Virus record (IMG/VR): IMGVR_UViG_3300008448_000086
Coordinates: 1 to 59,195 of that record
DNA: 59,195 nt
Source: a virus
Lineage: Duplodnaviria > Caudoviricetes
Strand: one strand, 5' to 3'
Shown here: positions 30,161 to 39,199 of the stretch, in pieces
How positions within the stretch are numbered: the first letter of the stretch is position 1
Layout of the letters: each line of letters opens with the position of its first letter
Translations under genes and position numbers: made by a program
The notes under the pieces: model-generated
Told to the model about the DNA's origin: nothing
The model's input: only the letters and a program-made list of their open reading frames with translations
Database searches by the model: none

Positions 30161-30454
30161 TTAGTATTTACCTTGTCTTGATTTAGGAGATGACTTAGTA
30201 GAACCACCTTTACCAGCCCAAAGCACCTTACAAGCCCAATATCTTGCTCCCATCTTATCGTTAGCACTACTGCACTTATGCCTTGCTTTAAATGACTTAC
30301 GAGCAGCAGCAGAATAGTTATGACCGTAACCTTCTGCTCCGAAGTGGACAATCTTTTCTTTGCTTCCCTGACAAGCCTTAACCATCATCTTCTTACCAGG
30401 TCTGGTAGAAGAGCGAGGCTTATTACAGGGCATTTCAGATTTCTTTACTGCCAT
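30161..30454 (-). CDS. Small basic protein (KKMMV..HFG..RKSFKARHKC..YW family)
   Basis: Recognisable motif family of phage and large-virus small basic proteins. Confidence 0.7.
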   Translation of the reverse strand: MAVKKSEMPCNKPRSSTRPGKKMMVKACQGSKEKIVHFGAEGYGHNYSAAARKSFKARHKCSSANDKMGARYWACKVLWAGKGGSTKSSPKSRQGKY

Positions 30455-30461
30455 AACCTAT

Positions 30462-30722
30462 TTATTTTAAGTAAGCTTTATTAGTTTTTCTGTAATATAC
30501 AAAGTCACTAGGACTTAATCCCTGCTCTTTAGCTGCCCTGTCCTTTGCTCTCTCTTCAGCTGTCATCATATTACGCTTCTGACCTTCCTTCGTCAGCGTC
30601 TTCCCATCTGGTCTTAAATGACCTCTTTTTATCAGTATCTTAATCGCAAGAGATTTACTTCCAACCTGAGCCGTTAGCCGGTTGACCAACTGATTGCGAC
30701 CCATGAACTTTTGCGTCTCCAT
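30462..30722 (-). CDS. Small basic protein
   Basis: 86 aa, LT.EG.KR.MMTAEERAKDRA motif. Confidence 0.65.
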   Translation of the reverse strand: METQKFMGRNQLVNRLTAQVGSKSLAIKILIKRGHLRPDGKTLTKEGQKRNMMTAEERAKDRAAKEQGLSPSDFVYYRKTNKAYLK

Positions 30723-30994
30723 TATTTTCTGATTCCTAGCTTTCTAAATGACCCGTAGCTTGACTTTGAAACAGCTTTCTTTTTCTTCTTCATTGGTTGA
30801 TTCACCATCGGAATAACAATCATGGCATCTCCATTCTCTTCTCCATTCTCGTCCTCATTCATTTCATTCTCCTGCTCACTCATGTTATCAATGGTCTTGA
30901 TAGCCTGATACAGAGCAAGGAACTTTGTCATTTCCTTACCTGTAAAGTTCATGCCTGCCATCATCCTGTTAAAGTTCTGTATATCTAGTATCAT
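30722..30994 (-). CDS. Hypothetical protein
   Basis: Coupled to portal stop; acidic middle and basic tail. Confidence 0.55.
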   Translation of the reverse strand: MILDIQNFNRMMAGMNFTGKEMTKFLALYQAIKTIDNMSEQENEMNEDENGEENGDAMIVIPMVNQPMKKKKKAVSKSSYGSFRKLGIRK

Positions 30995-33366
30995 TGCTCT
31001 TCAATTAATTTATCTAAGTCTTGTTGCTTCTCTTTTTCTTGTTGGATAGCCTCTTCAGGGTCTATTCCTTGCGCTGCCAGCTGCTCCCTCATGGCCATCT
31101 CCTGCTGTTGGGCTGCCATCTCTGCTTCCATCTGAGCCTGCTGAGCTTTACCTGCAAAATAGCTATCCACTATCTCCTTCACATAACCCTCTAGTGGTTT
31201 GCCAGTCTGAAAAGACATCTTCAGTATTTCATGTACGAAATTCTGTACGTTCTGCTCTTCTTTTGCTTTTGACAGCTCCTTATCTATAGCCATCTGGGAC
31301 TGCGCCTTAATCTGCTGTATTTGAGCATCTGCCTGAGCCTTCGCCATTGCACTTCTCTCCTGCACCTGCGCATTCATCTCGGAGTTCTGTTGCGCTCTCT
31401 GCATCTCCACTTCCGTCTTCTTAGCCTTAGCACGAACAAGGAACATCTCCTGTAACTTCACATTATCAATTCTGCGAATCTTAAAGGCATCGTCAAAATC
31501 AATAAGATTATTCTGCATTGCAGTATTAATCATTGACTCTACATACGCCTTCTCCACATCATCAGGAAGCATCTCTAATTTGAAGTCAAAATACATGCCT
31601 GCAAGGTCAGCGTTGGTAAAGTACTCTCTGTAAGCCTTACCGCCATACACAACAGAGTCGTGCAGGAGGATTCCTATTTTTGTAATCGTCTGCTCACATA
31701 TCTCCAAATAAGAGTCATAGATAAAATCAGTAGCATTATTAGATTCGCGGATTTGAGATTGTAAAACGCCTAACCCCATCTTAGGATTAACGCTTGAACC
31801 TTCTCTGTATTCATTTATACCTACCTCATCTCTGATTTTACCAATATAGAAGTTGTAGACCGTGATGGCTGCCTGAAGCTGAGAAACGTTACCAACATTT
31901 GGTAACTCATTCATCGGCAGATTCTTTCTTTCTCCATCCTCATCTACGCTGTTATAATAAATATTACCCGTTTGGTCATAGATTCTTTGAAGTTCAAGCG
32001 GCTTAATATTGCCCTGACCAAGGTCTACTTCTTTAAGTCCTGATATGTCAACAGCGATACCAGCAGGTCTCATCTTAGCGATAAGCTGCTGTATCTTCAT
32101 GTGAGTAAGCGTAATCATCCGTACAGAAGAACTGATTCTTTCTGCAAGCGGAGTATTATTCATGCCGATATTATTAGGCATGTACACCGAATAGCTAAAG
32201 TAAGCTTTTGACAGCTCTTTAGGATTCGATGGACGTATCATACGAGTGTTAGGAGCAAACTCCAAAAGCATCTTTGCATTAGTTACAAATGCGCCTTTGT
32301 AGATTACTTCCATCTGCTTTTCGATAACCAGCTTATCTTCACCAACCCCTTCTGGTCTTCCTTTCTTCTTTTCTACATACTTTCTGTTATCTCTGTTCTT
32401 TTCTACCCAGTACATCGGTCTTACCGTCTTGGCTTCAAAGAACAATACCTCGATAGCGTACTCATCATAAGGTCTTGAACCAGGATTAATGTACTCATTC
32501 TTCCATTTAAACGTATATGGGTTCTGGCAGTCCTTTGATGTCTTGGCTATCTCAAACATCTTCTCTTCAGGAAGATTGTACATCTTTCTTAACTCATAGA
32601 TTTTCATTGACTTACGATGCCCCATAATAGCTGCATCTCCTAAGTCATTCTTCTCTGAGTAAGAACTGAAATAGTCTATCGGATTGATATACTCTACGAT
32701 TATTGACCCGTCATCGGATGCTCTTGTGTAGGTAACTCCGTATCCTGCGTCTCTGATGCTACAGAGTAAACTTCGTTTGATATCGTTCCAAGCGTTGGTG
32801 TGCATGACCATTGAAACACCTCGCTCCATGAGGATTTCTTCAGGTGTTCTGTAGTCAATGTTGAAGAAGATATCCAGTTCATCATAACTTTGCGGTTCAA
32901 AATCGTTTCGTTGTTTCATCTTGCCAAGTACCTCGTCGGCCATCTTGGTAAGTTCCGGCTCGAGCATTCTGAACTCGGCCATATCCCTATCATACTTTTT
33001 GCGCTTGATGCTTATGGGGTCAACAGCTGTACACTTAGGCTTTTCGGCTCTTTTCATAAACCCACCTATAAGTACCTCCATAAACTTAGGAGCAATCATG
33101 GGAGGAGTCCAGTCAAGGTTTACATAAGACTGCTTACCATCAATATTGAGGAACTGCATGTAGTCTCTCATATCCTGCTTGCCATAAGACAGCTTGATAT
33201 TCTTTGAAATCTCTACATTTCTTCTCTCAAAATACTCATTACTTACAATGGAATGAATATACCTGGCCATCTTCTGGCCAAGCTCTGCATCTGTTACCCC
33301 TTCAAGATTGAGGTGGAACTGCAATGTTGGGTTGTACGTGGGAGTCAACTTAAACAATTTTATCAA
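30991..33366 (-). CDS. Portal protein
   Basis: ~790 aa after TerL; SYVNLDWTP..PKF, QTGNIYY, IRDEVGINEYREGS motifs; start probably TTG 33348 because 33366 lies in a TATTTTTG box. Confidence 0.85.
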   Translation of the reverse strand: MIKLFKLTPTYNPTLQFHLNLEGVTDAELGQKMARYIHSIVSNEYFERRNVEISKNIKLSYGKQDMRDYMQFLNIDGKQSYVNLDWTPPMIAPKFMEVLIGGFMKRAEKPKCTAVDPISIKRKKYDRDMAEFRMLEPELTKMADEVLGKMKQRNDFEPQSYDELDIFFNIDYRTPEEILMERGVSMVMHTNAWNDIKRSLLCSIRDAGYGVTYTRASDDGSIIVEYINPIDYFSSYSEKNDLGDAAIMGHRKSMKIYELRKMYNLPEEKMFEIAKTSKDCQNPYTFKWKNEYINPGSRPYDEYAIEVLFFEAKTVRPMYWVEKNRDNRKYVEKKKGRPEGVGEDKLVIEKQMEVIYKGAFVTNAKMLLEFAPNTRMIRPSNPKELSKAYFSYSVYMPNNIGMNNTPLAERISSSVRMITLTHMKIQQLIAKMRPAGIAVDISGLKEVDLGQGNIKPLELQRIYDQTGNIYYNSVDEDGERKNLPMNELPNVGNVSQLQAAITVYNFYIGKIRDEVGINEYREGSSVNPKMGLGVLQSQIRESNNATDFIYDSYLEICEQTITKIGILLHDSVVYGGKAYREYFTNADLAGMYFDFKLEMLPDDVEKAYVESMINTAMQNNLIDFDDAFKIRRIDNVKLQEMFLVRAKAKKTEVEMQRAQQNSEMNAQVQERSAMAKAQADAQIQQIKAQSQMAIDKELSKAKEEQNVQNFVHEILKMSFQTGKPLEGYVKEIVDSYFAGKAQQAQMEAEMAAQQQEMAMREQLAAQGIDPEEAIQQEKEKQQDLDKLIEEQ

Positions 33367-33377
33367 AAATACTAAAA

Positions 33378-35414
33378 CTATCTTATGTTGCTGATGTCAA
33401 AGGTCTGTATATAGGATATAGACTCCTTCTTTTCTTTCAACACATTCCTAACGTCTCCTGCTGCTGCAACAAGCGCAATCATGAACGCAACAGTAATATC
33501 CGACTTGGTTCTGTTGAAATGGTCATACTCCATCATATCCTCCAGTATCTCCTTAAAAAACATCTTATGCGAGTAGTTATCAATCCAGAACTGAGCAAGT
33601 TCAAGTTGCTTATTCAGCGAGAACGGGTCTTTTGGTGATACGCCCCATGTCTGTATGGTCTTGGCTTTCCTGTTAGGGTCTATAACAGACTTAGGGGTTT
33701 TGGTAATATAGTTCTTGTAGCCCTTATCAATAAACCATTCAAAGTAATCATCATTGGCATTTTCGTAAGTAGCCTTGCATCCGTAATAAAATGCTGCCAT
33801 CTGCACTTCGGTATGGAATTGATTCTTTGTCTTAGGTCTTCCTACATACAGCGCAACTGGTAGACCTGTATTCTCAGGGTCGGTCGGGTCCTGCTGTTCG
33901 TACACTACGATAACGCCATTAGAGCCTTTCCCTACGATGATGGTAGATGCAAACGGGTCAACTCCTATCTTATACATGTGCGTATTGGTAGGCGTCCTTC
34001 CGCTGTCACCCCAGTGCATGGCATTAGGTTCTTTTGGCTGCTTTAGTATCAGCCACTTACCATTTGTGTCATCTCGGTAGTCTACCTTATTTTCTGCTGC
34101 CCATCCAAATGTAACCCTACGTAGTGGGGCAGGATTATCTTTAAGGTATTCTATCTGCTCACGAATAAGACCTACGTTAAAGAAAGACTCTGAATCATCG
34201 GCAGCAAAGGCTTCCTCTTCGCTAAAAGGCATCATCCGCTTTTCCTCAAGTCTCATCTCATCATCCTCGATGGCATCTATCTTCCTTCTAAGGTATTCTT
34301 TTGCTCCTAGTCTTATTTCTTCTCTAGTAAGGGTTGTAGTTTCCAAAAGATAAGCTTCCTGGTCTTTTGTTGGCTTTTCTATTACGCTCATCCCAAACCT
34401 GTCGATGAACCCCTCGTACCCATCGTATGCCGGCTTAAAGTATCTGTAAAGTCCTGATGGGGTAGTCTTATGCGTCATCTGATTAGACTCATTCCATAGT
34501 ACCTTAAATCCAGCTCCACCATCTTTAAGTTTATTTACGGTTGATGGCATCTCAGCAAAACCTACCTTTCTTGCACCTTTTTCTAAAGTCTTCCTTACGA
34601 TTGACCAGTACCTTTGGATTGGAACGTCTGATGGGAACTTACCCCCTTCATCAATCAATAGCCTTGTAGTTCTTTTAGAATCGTAGCTGTTTAGCTTTGT
34701 ATTTTTGAAATCTATCTGTGAGTTTAGACCTTCTGGCTTTTCTTTGATGGATGTCTGCTGCTTTTTTTTAATCCTGGATACCTGCTTCATAAAGCGCAGT
34801 ATCTTTTCAGGGTCATCACCTGCTGCGATATCGGGCTTTAGAAACAGCGGAAGGTTACGAAACGCATACACCACCATCTCCTTGAATACCGACTTAGCAT
34901 CATCCCCTGTCTTGGATACGATACCACATTTAGCCTGCTCGGTAGTAGTAGCTGTATAGATAAGATTGGAGGAGGCTTGTGATGTAGCACCCTCACGACG
35001 AGACTTAACCCTTATAATCCCTAGTACATTACTAGACTTCTCGCAATAGTCCAAGAACAGATAATACCTTCTGTCGGAGTCCCTGTATTGTGGCCGGTCT
35101 CCGTTTTCAAGGGTAAAGAAGTTAAGAAAGTAATAGTATTTGCCGGTGATGTAAGTTGGGTATCCGTTATTCATAAACCAGTACCCATCACGACACCTGG
35201 TAAGTTCCTGCATGATAAAGTCCCACTGCTCCTCGCTCCATATAGGATTGCCGTCAGAATCGTATTCAAGCTCCTCAAAGTAGTTCGGTATTTCTGTATA
35301 CTCGAAGAACTGATGACTAGGAGGCCTGTTGCTGTTCGGCAGTTGCGACGGATGCGGTTGCTCCGGAAACTGGTACGTTACCCCGTATATATTTAGGCTT
35401 GATTTTTTTGACAA
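33378..35414 (-). CDS. terL: Terminase large subunit
   Basis: Walker A-like KSRREGATS, Walker B LLIDEGGK, STV coupling motif, RNase H-like IGVDPF and SDITVA. Confidence 0.9.
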   Translation of the reverse strand: MSKKSSLNIYGVTYQFPEQPHPSQLPNSNRPPSHQFFEYTEIPNYFEELEYDSDGNPIWSEEQWDFIMQELTRCRDGYWFMNNGYPTYITGKYYYFLNFFTLENGDRPQYRDSDRRYYLFLDYCEKSSNVLGIIRVKSRREGATSQASSNLIYTATTTEQAKCGIVSKTGDDAKSVFKEMVVYAFRNLPLFLKPDIAAGDDPEKILRFMKQVSRIKKKQQTSIKEKPEGLNSQIDFKNTKLNSYDSKRTTRLLIDEGGKFPSDVPIQRYWSIVRKTLEKGARKVGFAEMPSTVNKLKDGGAGFKVLWNESNQMTHKTTPSGLYRYFKPAYDGYEGFIDRFGMSVIEKPTKDQEAYLLETTTLTREEIRLGAKEYLRRKIDAIEDDEMRLEEKRMMPFSEEEAFAADDSESFFNVGLIREQIEYLKDNPAPLRRVTFGWAAENKVDYRDDTNGKWLILKQPKEPNAMHWGDSGRTPTNTHMYKIGVDPFASTIIVGKGSNGVIVVYEQQDPTDPENTGLPVALYVGRPKTKNQFHTEVQMAAFYYGCKATYENANDDYFEWFIDKGYKNYITKTPKSVIDPNRKAKTIQTWGVSPKDPFSLNKQLELAQFWIDNYSHKMFFKEILEDMMEYDHFNRTKSDITVAFMIALVAAAGDVRNVLKEKKESISYIQTFDISNIR

Positions 35415-36162
35415 CTGTCTTTTCTTTTTTTACGAAGTTAAGAATACTATTAGCAAATGTCCAACCTCTTTCTGTCAGGAAGTACACATATCTTGTGCCA
35501 GTATGGTTCTTTTCTCTTCCTACAAGGCCATAGCTAACAAGTCTTTTTGTAAACTCATTAAGCTTGGCATGACCGAGCTGGATGTCTCTTTTAAACATAA
35601 TAGAGGTAGCGCCATTCTCATGCTGAGACAAGAAAAGCAAAGAGATAATATCTCTGGGCATCATCTTGGTCTTTCTCTTTACCATACTAAGCTTAGCGTA
35701 TATCCTTGCCCAAGCTAGCACATTGATGTAGTTGGTATTGATGCTTTGGTTAGGGTCGTAGAACTTAAACTTAGCTTTCAGCTCTTTATATACTTTCTTT
35801 CTTAGCGTGGATTTATATTCCTTTAGTTGTTGCTTAGCCCTTAGCTTAACATTTTCTATACGTTTCTTGTATCTTTTGACAGATGCTCTATGATTGCCAC
35901 GCTCTCTTCCAATCTTAAACCACACCTTCTTATTGGTCTTCTTTGTACTTTCTCTTACCCTTACGTATCTGTCCCATGTCTTTTCATACAGCCTTTTGTA
36001 CTTATTGGCTTTGGACAGGTCTTCTCTGCTGCGTCTTTTGTATTCTTTAATCATCCTCTCAACAGCTGCTTTTGAGTAGCGCTTGCCGGTGGGAACAAGT
36101 ATTCTTTTCCTGGGTTCGTCTGTTCCTATAACTTTTGGTGGTGGATAGTTGGTATCTTCCAT
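35317..36162 (-). CDS. Basic protein with C-terminal MarR-like winged helix
   Basis: K/R-rich coiled coil then ..RLVSYGLV..YVYFLTERG. Confidence 0.6.
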   Translation of the reverse strand: MEDTNYPPPKVIGTDEPRKRILVPTGKRYSKAAVERMIKEYKRRSREDLSKANKYKRLYEKTWDRYVRVRESTKKTNKKVWFKIGRERGNHRASVKRYKKRIENVKLRAKQQLKEYKSTLRKKVYKELKAKFKFYDPNQSINTNYINVLAWARIYAKLSMVKRKTKMMPRDIISLLFLSQHENGATSIMFKRDIQLGHAKLNEFTKRLVSYGLVGREKNHTGTRYVYFLTERGWTFANSILNFVKKEKTVVKKIKPKYIRGNVPVSGATASVATAEQQQAS

Positions 36163-36485
36163 TACTTTCTGATAAAATGTTCAAGTGGGTTTTTTGATAC
36201 AGTAGGCTTTTCTTCTTCTTTATCAATGCCTACCTTTAATTCCTTCTTCAACCACAGCAGGTTCTGAGCTACGTCTTTGCTGTCAACCATAGCCTTCCAT
36301 ACCCTTTCAAATGTCTTATCGTTCTTGGATTTGAAAGATACGTACTCACCATTCAGGTCTTCTGCAAGCTTTACCAGCTGATAGTTCAGGGCATGATAAA
36401 GCCCTTGTAGTCCATCAGCTTTGTAGACTTTTAACTCCGCTTCGAGTTCTTCAATCCTCTGTTTTAGTTTCAGTACGTCTGTCAT
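36162..36485 (-). CDS. Terminase small subunit (putative)
   Basis: 107 aa helical ORF upstream of TerL. Confidence 0.45.
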   Translation of the reverse strand: MTDVLKLKQRIEELEAELKVYKADGLQGLYHALNYQLVKLAEDLNGEYVSFKSKNDKTFERVWKAMVDSKDVAQNLLWLKKELKVGIDKEEEKPTVSKNPLEHFIRK

Positions 36486-36648
36486 TTAATTTTGGTTTAT
36501 GTTCCCAGTAATATTCGCAACTACCATCTTCTTTCATTGGTGGCTTATCAAAATACATCTGTCCAAAATGATAAGGCTGCGAAATATAGCGATAGCAAGT
36601 ATGTCTTATCTTGCAATGAATAGCGTGGCATTTCACTATGTCTGGCAT
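36451..36648 (-). CDS. Small Cys-rich hypothetical protein
   Basis: MPDIVKC...C....TCYRY...CEYYW. Confidence 0.6.
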   Translation of the reverse strand: MPDIVKCHAIHCKIRHTCYRYISQPYHFGQMYFDKPPMKEDGSCEYYWEHKPKLNDRRTETKTED

Positions 36649-37256
36649 TATATTCCTGTTTTATGGTTTAATAAAAAGTTACCCCATTGTTCAGCCATTG
36701 CGTCGGCTATTCCTTGATAAGTCTTACTTCTTTCTTTTGATTTATTGCTTCCTAGCCAATGTATTCTTGTTCTTTCTTTTACAGGAAGCGTCATCATATA
36801 ATCGTAAACATTATTTGTTTCATTTAGCTTAGGCAATCCTTTAAGCCACAAGCAAGTTTTTTTCTGCTCAGGATGACCAAACTGAAAAGGATTTATAATT
36901 TGGTCAGGCTTTCTATATCTTGAACTCATTATACAAATAGGATTTTCTACAGCTATGTACTTAACTGGAGCATTTACAAATTTCATAAAAAAGTCAGCAG
37001 CTTCATCTTGCAAATAACGAGGCTTTACTCCTTCCTTAAACCATCTCGCACCACTGACAGCCAAGTGCGTACATGGAGGATGCGCAATAATTAAATCCCA
37101 GCCATCATTTAAAACTTCCAGCACATCTCCTTTTATATGCCACTCAGGATGACCTCCACTTTGGTCTTGTATATCACAACTATACGCCTCGAATCCTTTT
37201 GCTCTGAATGCCTTACATACAGTTTGACTTTCTTCGCAAGCTATTAATACTCTCAT
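36648..37256 (-). CDS. Short phage-type DNA cytosine methyltransferase-like protein
   Basis: VLIACEES (SAM-binding variant), HPPCT catalytic PC, ENP, RSKTYQGIADAMAEQW. Confidence 0.75.
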   Translation of the reverse strand: MRVLIACEESQTVCKAFRAKGFEAYSCDIQDQSGGHPEWHIKGDVLEVLNDGWDLIIAHPPCTHLAVSGARWFKEGVKPRYLQDEAADFFMKFVNAPVKYIAVENPICIMSSRYRKPDQIINPFQFGHPEQKKTCLWLKGLPKLNETNNVYDYMMTLPVKERTRIHWLGSNKSKERSKTYQGIADAMAEQWGNFLLNHKTGI

Positions 37257-37915
37257 ATTCCTGTTTTATGGTTTTCTGTTAATTGGTATCCGTGGTCGAT
37301 GGCGATGATGTCTTCTTCTTTTACTCGTATCAGACGGTGCTCTCTGCCTTTATCAGCATATACAACCTCATAGTCCGCCATTGTCTCAACGATTACAATA
37401 TCGTTCGGTTTAATGTACTGCTCCGACACTTTTTCGTCACTATTATTTGCAACTTTTGTGACAAGAACACGGTTATTTTCTTTCTCATCACTCAGGTCTG
37501 TTAATACTAGAGCGGATGTTTTAGCTTTCTTATAGATTCTTTCTGCAAGGATATATCCAGGCATAGGAGCAGGATTACCTTCTTCATCAAAATAAAAGAA
37601 AATATTCTTAGGTCTTACGGCATAGATATACAGCTTTTTATTTCCTCCGTATACGCTATCGTCTTTTGTAACTATGGCTTCTATCAGGTTATGGTCTGCA
37701 AAGGAGTTATGCCAGCATACAATCCTAGTACCCTCTTTTAGACCAAGATGATTGTCCGCATAGACGACTGCATTAACAGCATTCTTCTCTCTTTCGTTCC
37801 AACCAAAGTCTTTGTCGATGAATAATTTAATGTCTGTTCCTTCGATGGTGTGGGAGTATTTGTCTTCTTTGTCAACGACTACGACAATCTCTCCGCGGAG
37901 TGGTTTGTAGTTCAT
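37253..37915 (-). CDS. GroES-like co-chaperonin (two GroES-like halves)
   Basis: YKPLRGEIVV..., PMPGYILAER..., IKPNDIVIV..LIRVKEEDIIA; position upstream of packaging genes. Confidence 0.6.
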   Translation of the reverse strand: MNYKPLRGEIVVVVDKEDKYSHTIEGTDIKLFIDKDFGWNEREKNAVNAVVYADNHLGLKEGTRIVCWHNSFADHNLIEAIVTKDDSVYGGNKKLYIYAVRPKNIFFYFDEEGNPAPMPGYILAERIYKKAKTSALVLTDLSDEKENNRVLVTKVANNSDEKVSEQYIKPNDIVIVETMADYEVVYADKGREHRLIRVKEEDIIAIDHGYQLTENHKTGI

Positions 37916-37935
37916 GTCTGTTTTCTATTATGCAA

Positions 37936-37988
37936 CAAATATAGGAAACTTATATTACAAAAAAAAGCCCCTCTAAAAAGAAGGGCCC
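37936..37988 (-). terminator. Terminator followed by TATATTTG promoter box of the GroES-like operon
   Basis: gcccttct-tttt-agaggggc + U-tract; -7 box 37943-37936. Confidence 0.7.
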
Positions 37989-38023
37989 ATTAACCAAACC
38001 AACCATTATGAAAAAAACCAAGC

Positions 38024-38563
38024 TTATGGATATACCAAGATTTCGATTGGGAAGCTTGAAAGAACGCTGTCTTCCAGTGTTCCACCAGCTCCTGTAGTAA
38101 CAGTAACTACGTTATCACTTGTACGTACTGCAATAACATTTTTGATAGCAGCAATAGTACCAGTCTCACCAGGCTGCATGATAAAAGTTTTATCAGAAGT
38201 AAAAGCTCCAGTAAGAGTAGCTGTATAAGTACCAGCAGAGCCACGAGCCCATACCAAAGTACCACCTAAGCTGTTCTCAAGAACGGCAGCGGTAGGAGCA
38301 GCAGTTGTTGCCTGAGTAACTAAAGCACGGTAAGTTTTAACAGCGACATTTCCAGCAGGTGCTGAAGAAGTAACAAGTGACCATACACCTGTTTTACCAG
38401 CGAAGATATCTACTGAGTTAGCTGTTCCAGAAGAAAGCCACTCGAATACTCCGTAGTCTTTTACAAGTACGGTATAATTGCTACGACCTTCAATTGCAGC
38501 GAGGTCAGCTGTTGAGTCAACAAGTCCTTGCTTATTGCTACGGGGTTTAATTTCAATTGCCAT
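38024..38563 (-). CDS. Virion decoration-like protein
   Basis: T/A/G-rich, MCP-like codon bias; YRALVTQ..APTA.VLENSLGG..W.R...GTY motif. Confidence 0.55.
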   Translation of the reverse strand: MAIEIKPRSNKQGLVDSTADLAAIEGRSNYTVLVKDYGVFEWLSSGTANSVDIFAGKTGVWSLVTSSAPAGNVAVKTYRALVTQATTAAPTAAVLENSLGGTLVWARGSAGTYTATLTGAFTSDKTFIMQPGETGTIAAIKNVIAVRTSDNVVTVTTGAGGTLEDSVLSSFPIEILVYP

Positions 38564-38587
38564 TGTTTATTTTTTAAATTTTAAAAA

Positions 38588-38986
38588 TTACTTTTCTTTT
38601 CTTGGTAAGTACCAAAGCTGCGGCCATAGCACAGTAGTTCCTGAACTAATAAATGTTAGTCTATAGTACAGAGCTGTTGGTTGAGACTTAGTAAAGAATG
38701 CTGTATTGGTAACTACGTTAGAGAGCGCAATGCTGTCAGTAGGTATAAAGTTTACGTTATCGAGACTTTGAGACAGCACTACCTTGCCGGCAGCAGTACC
38801 AGAGACCCTGGTAATAACAGGCTGTAGTATAATGCCATTAAGTGTAGTGGAGAGGGTAATGTTTTTTACTACCGTGTCGGCATTAGTTAAGGTATCTACA
38901 CCTGCAAATTCTATCTTTTGTGCCGGTTGAGCATAGGACTTACCTACTGCTAACAGCACCATAATGGATAATAAGACTTTCTTCAT
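38588..38986 (-). CDS. Signal-peptide-bearing beta-sandwich protein
   Basis: MKKVLLSIMVLLAVGKSYA-Q; LSQSLDNVNF..YYRL pattern. Confidence 0.6.
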   Translation of the reverse strand: MKKVLLSIMVLLAVGKSYAQPAQKIEFAGVDTLTNADTVVKNITLSTTLNGIILQPVITRVSGTAAGKVVLSQSLDNVNFIPTDSIALSNVVTNTAFFTKSQPTALYYRLTFISSGTTVLWPQLWYLPRKEK

Positions 38987-39059
38987 TAGAAATATTTTTG
39001 TAAATATAGTAACATATTAGCTGTTAACAGCACCTAATTGTATGCACACTTATAGAAAC

Positions 39060-39118
39060 TAAAAACCCACCAGCAAGACTGCCGATGGGAATCAGTTCTC
39101 TTTCGAGGCTTTCACGAG
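39060..39118 (-). ncRNA. Putative small antisense RNA C
   Basis: TATCTTTG (39129-39122), terminator cccatcggca/tgctggtggg + U5; complementary to plus strand 39253-39289. Confidence 0.55.
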
Positions 39119-39199
39119 ATTCAAAGATACAACTTATTTTGATAAAAAAAAATATTTTAAATAATTTTTTTATTTCAGATACTTTTATTAATTTGCTGT

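Noticed and set aside
2645-38666. Plus-strand ORFs antisense to the structural genes (e.g. 2645, 12137, 13142, 27141, 35329)
   Set aside because: Shadow frames of the real minus-strand genes, with odd composition and no leaders
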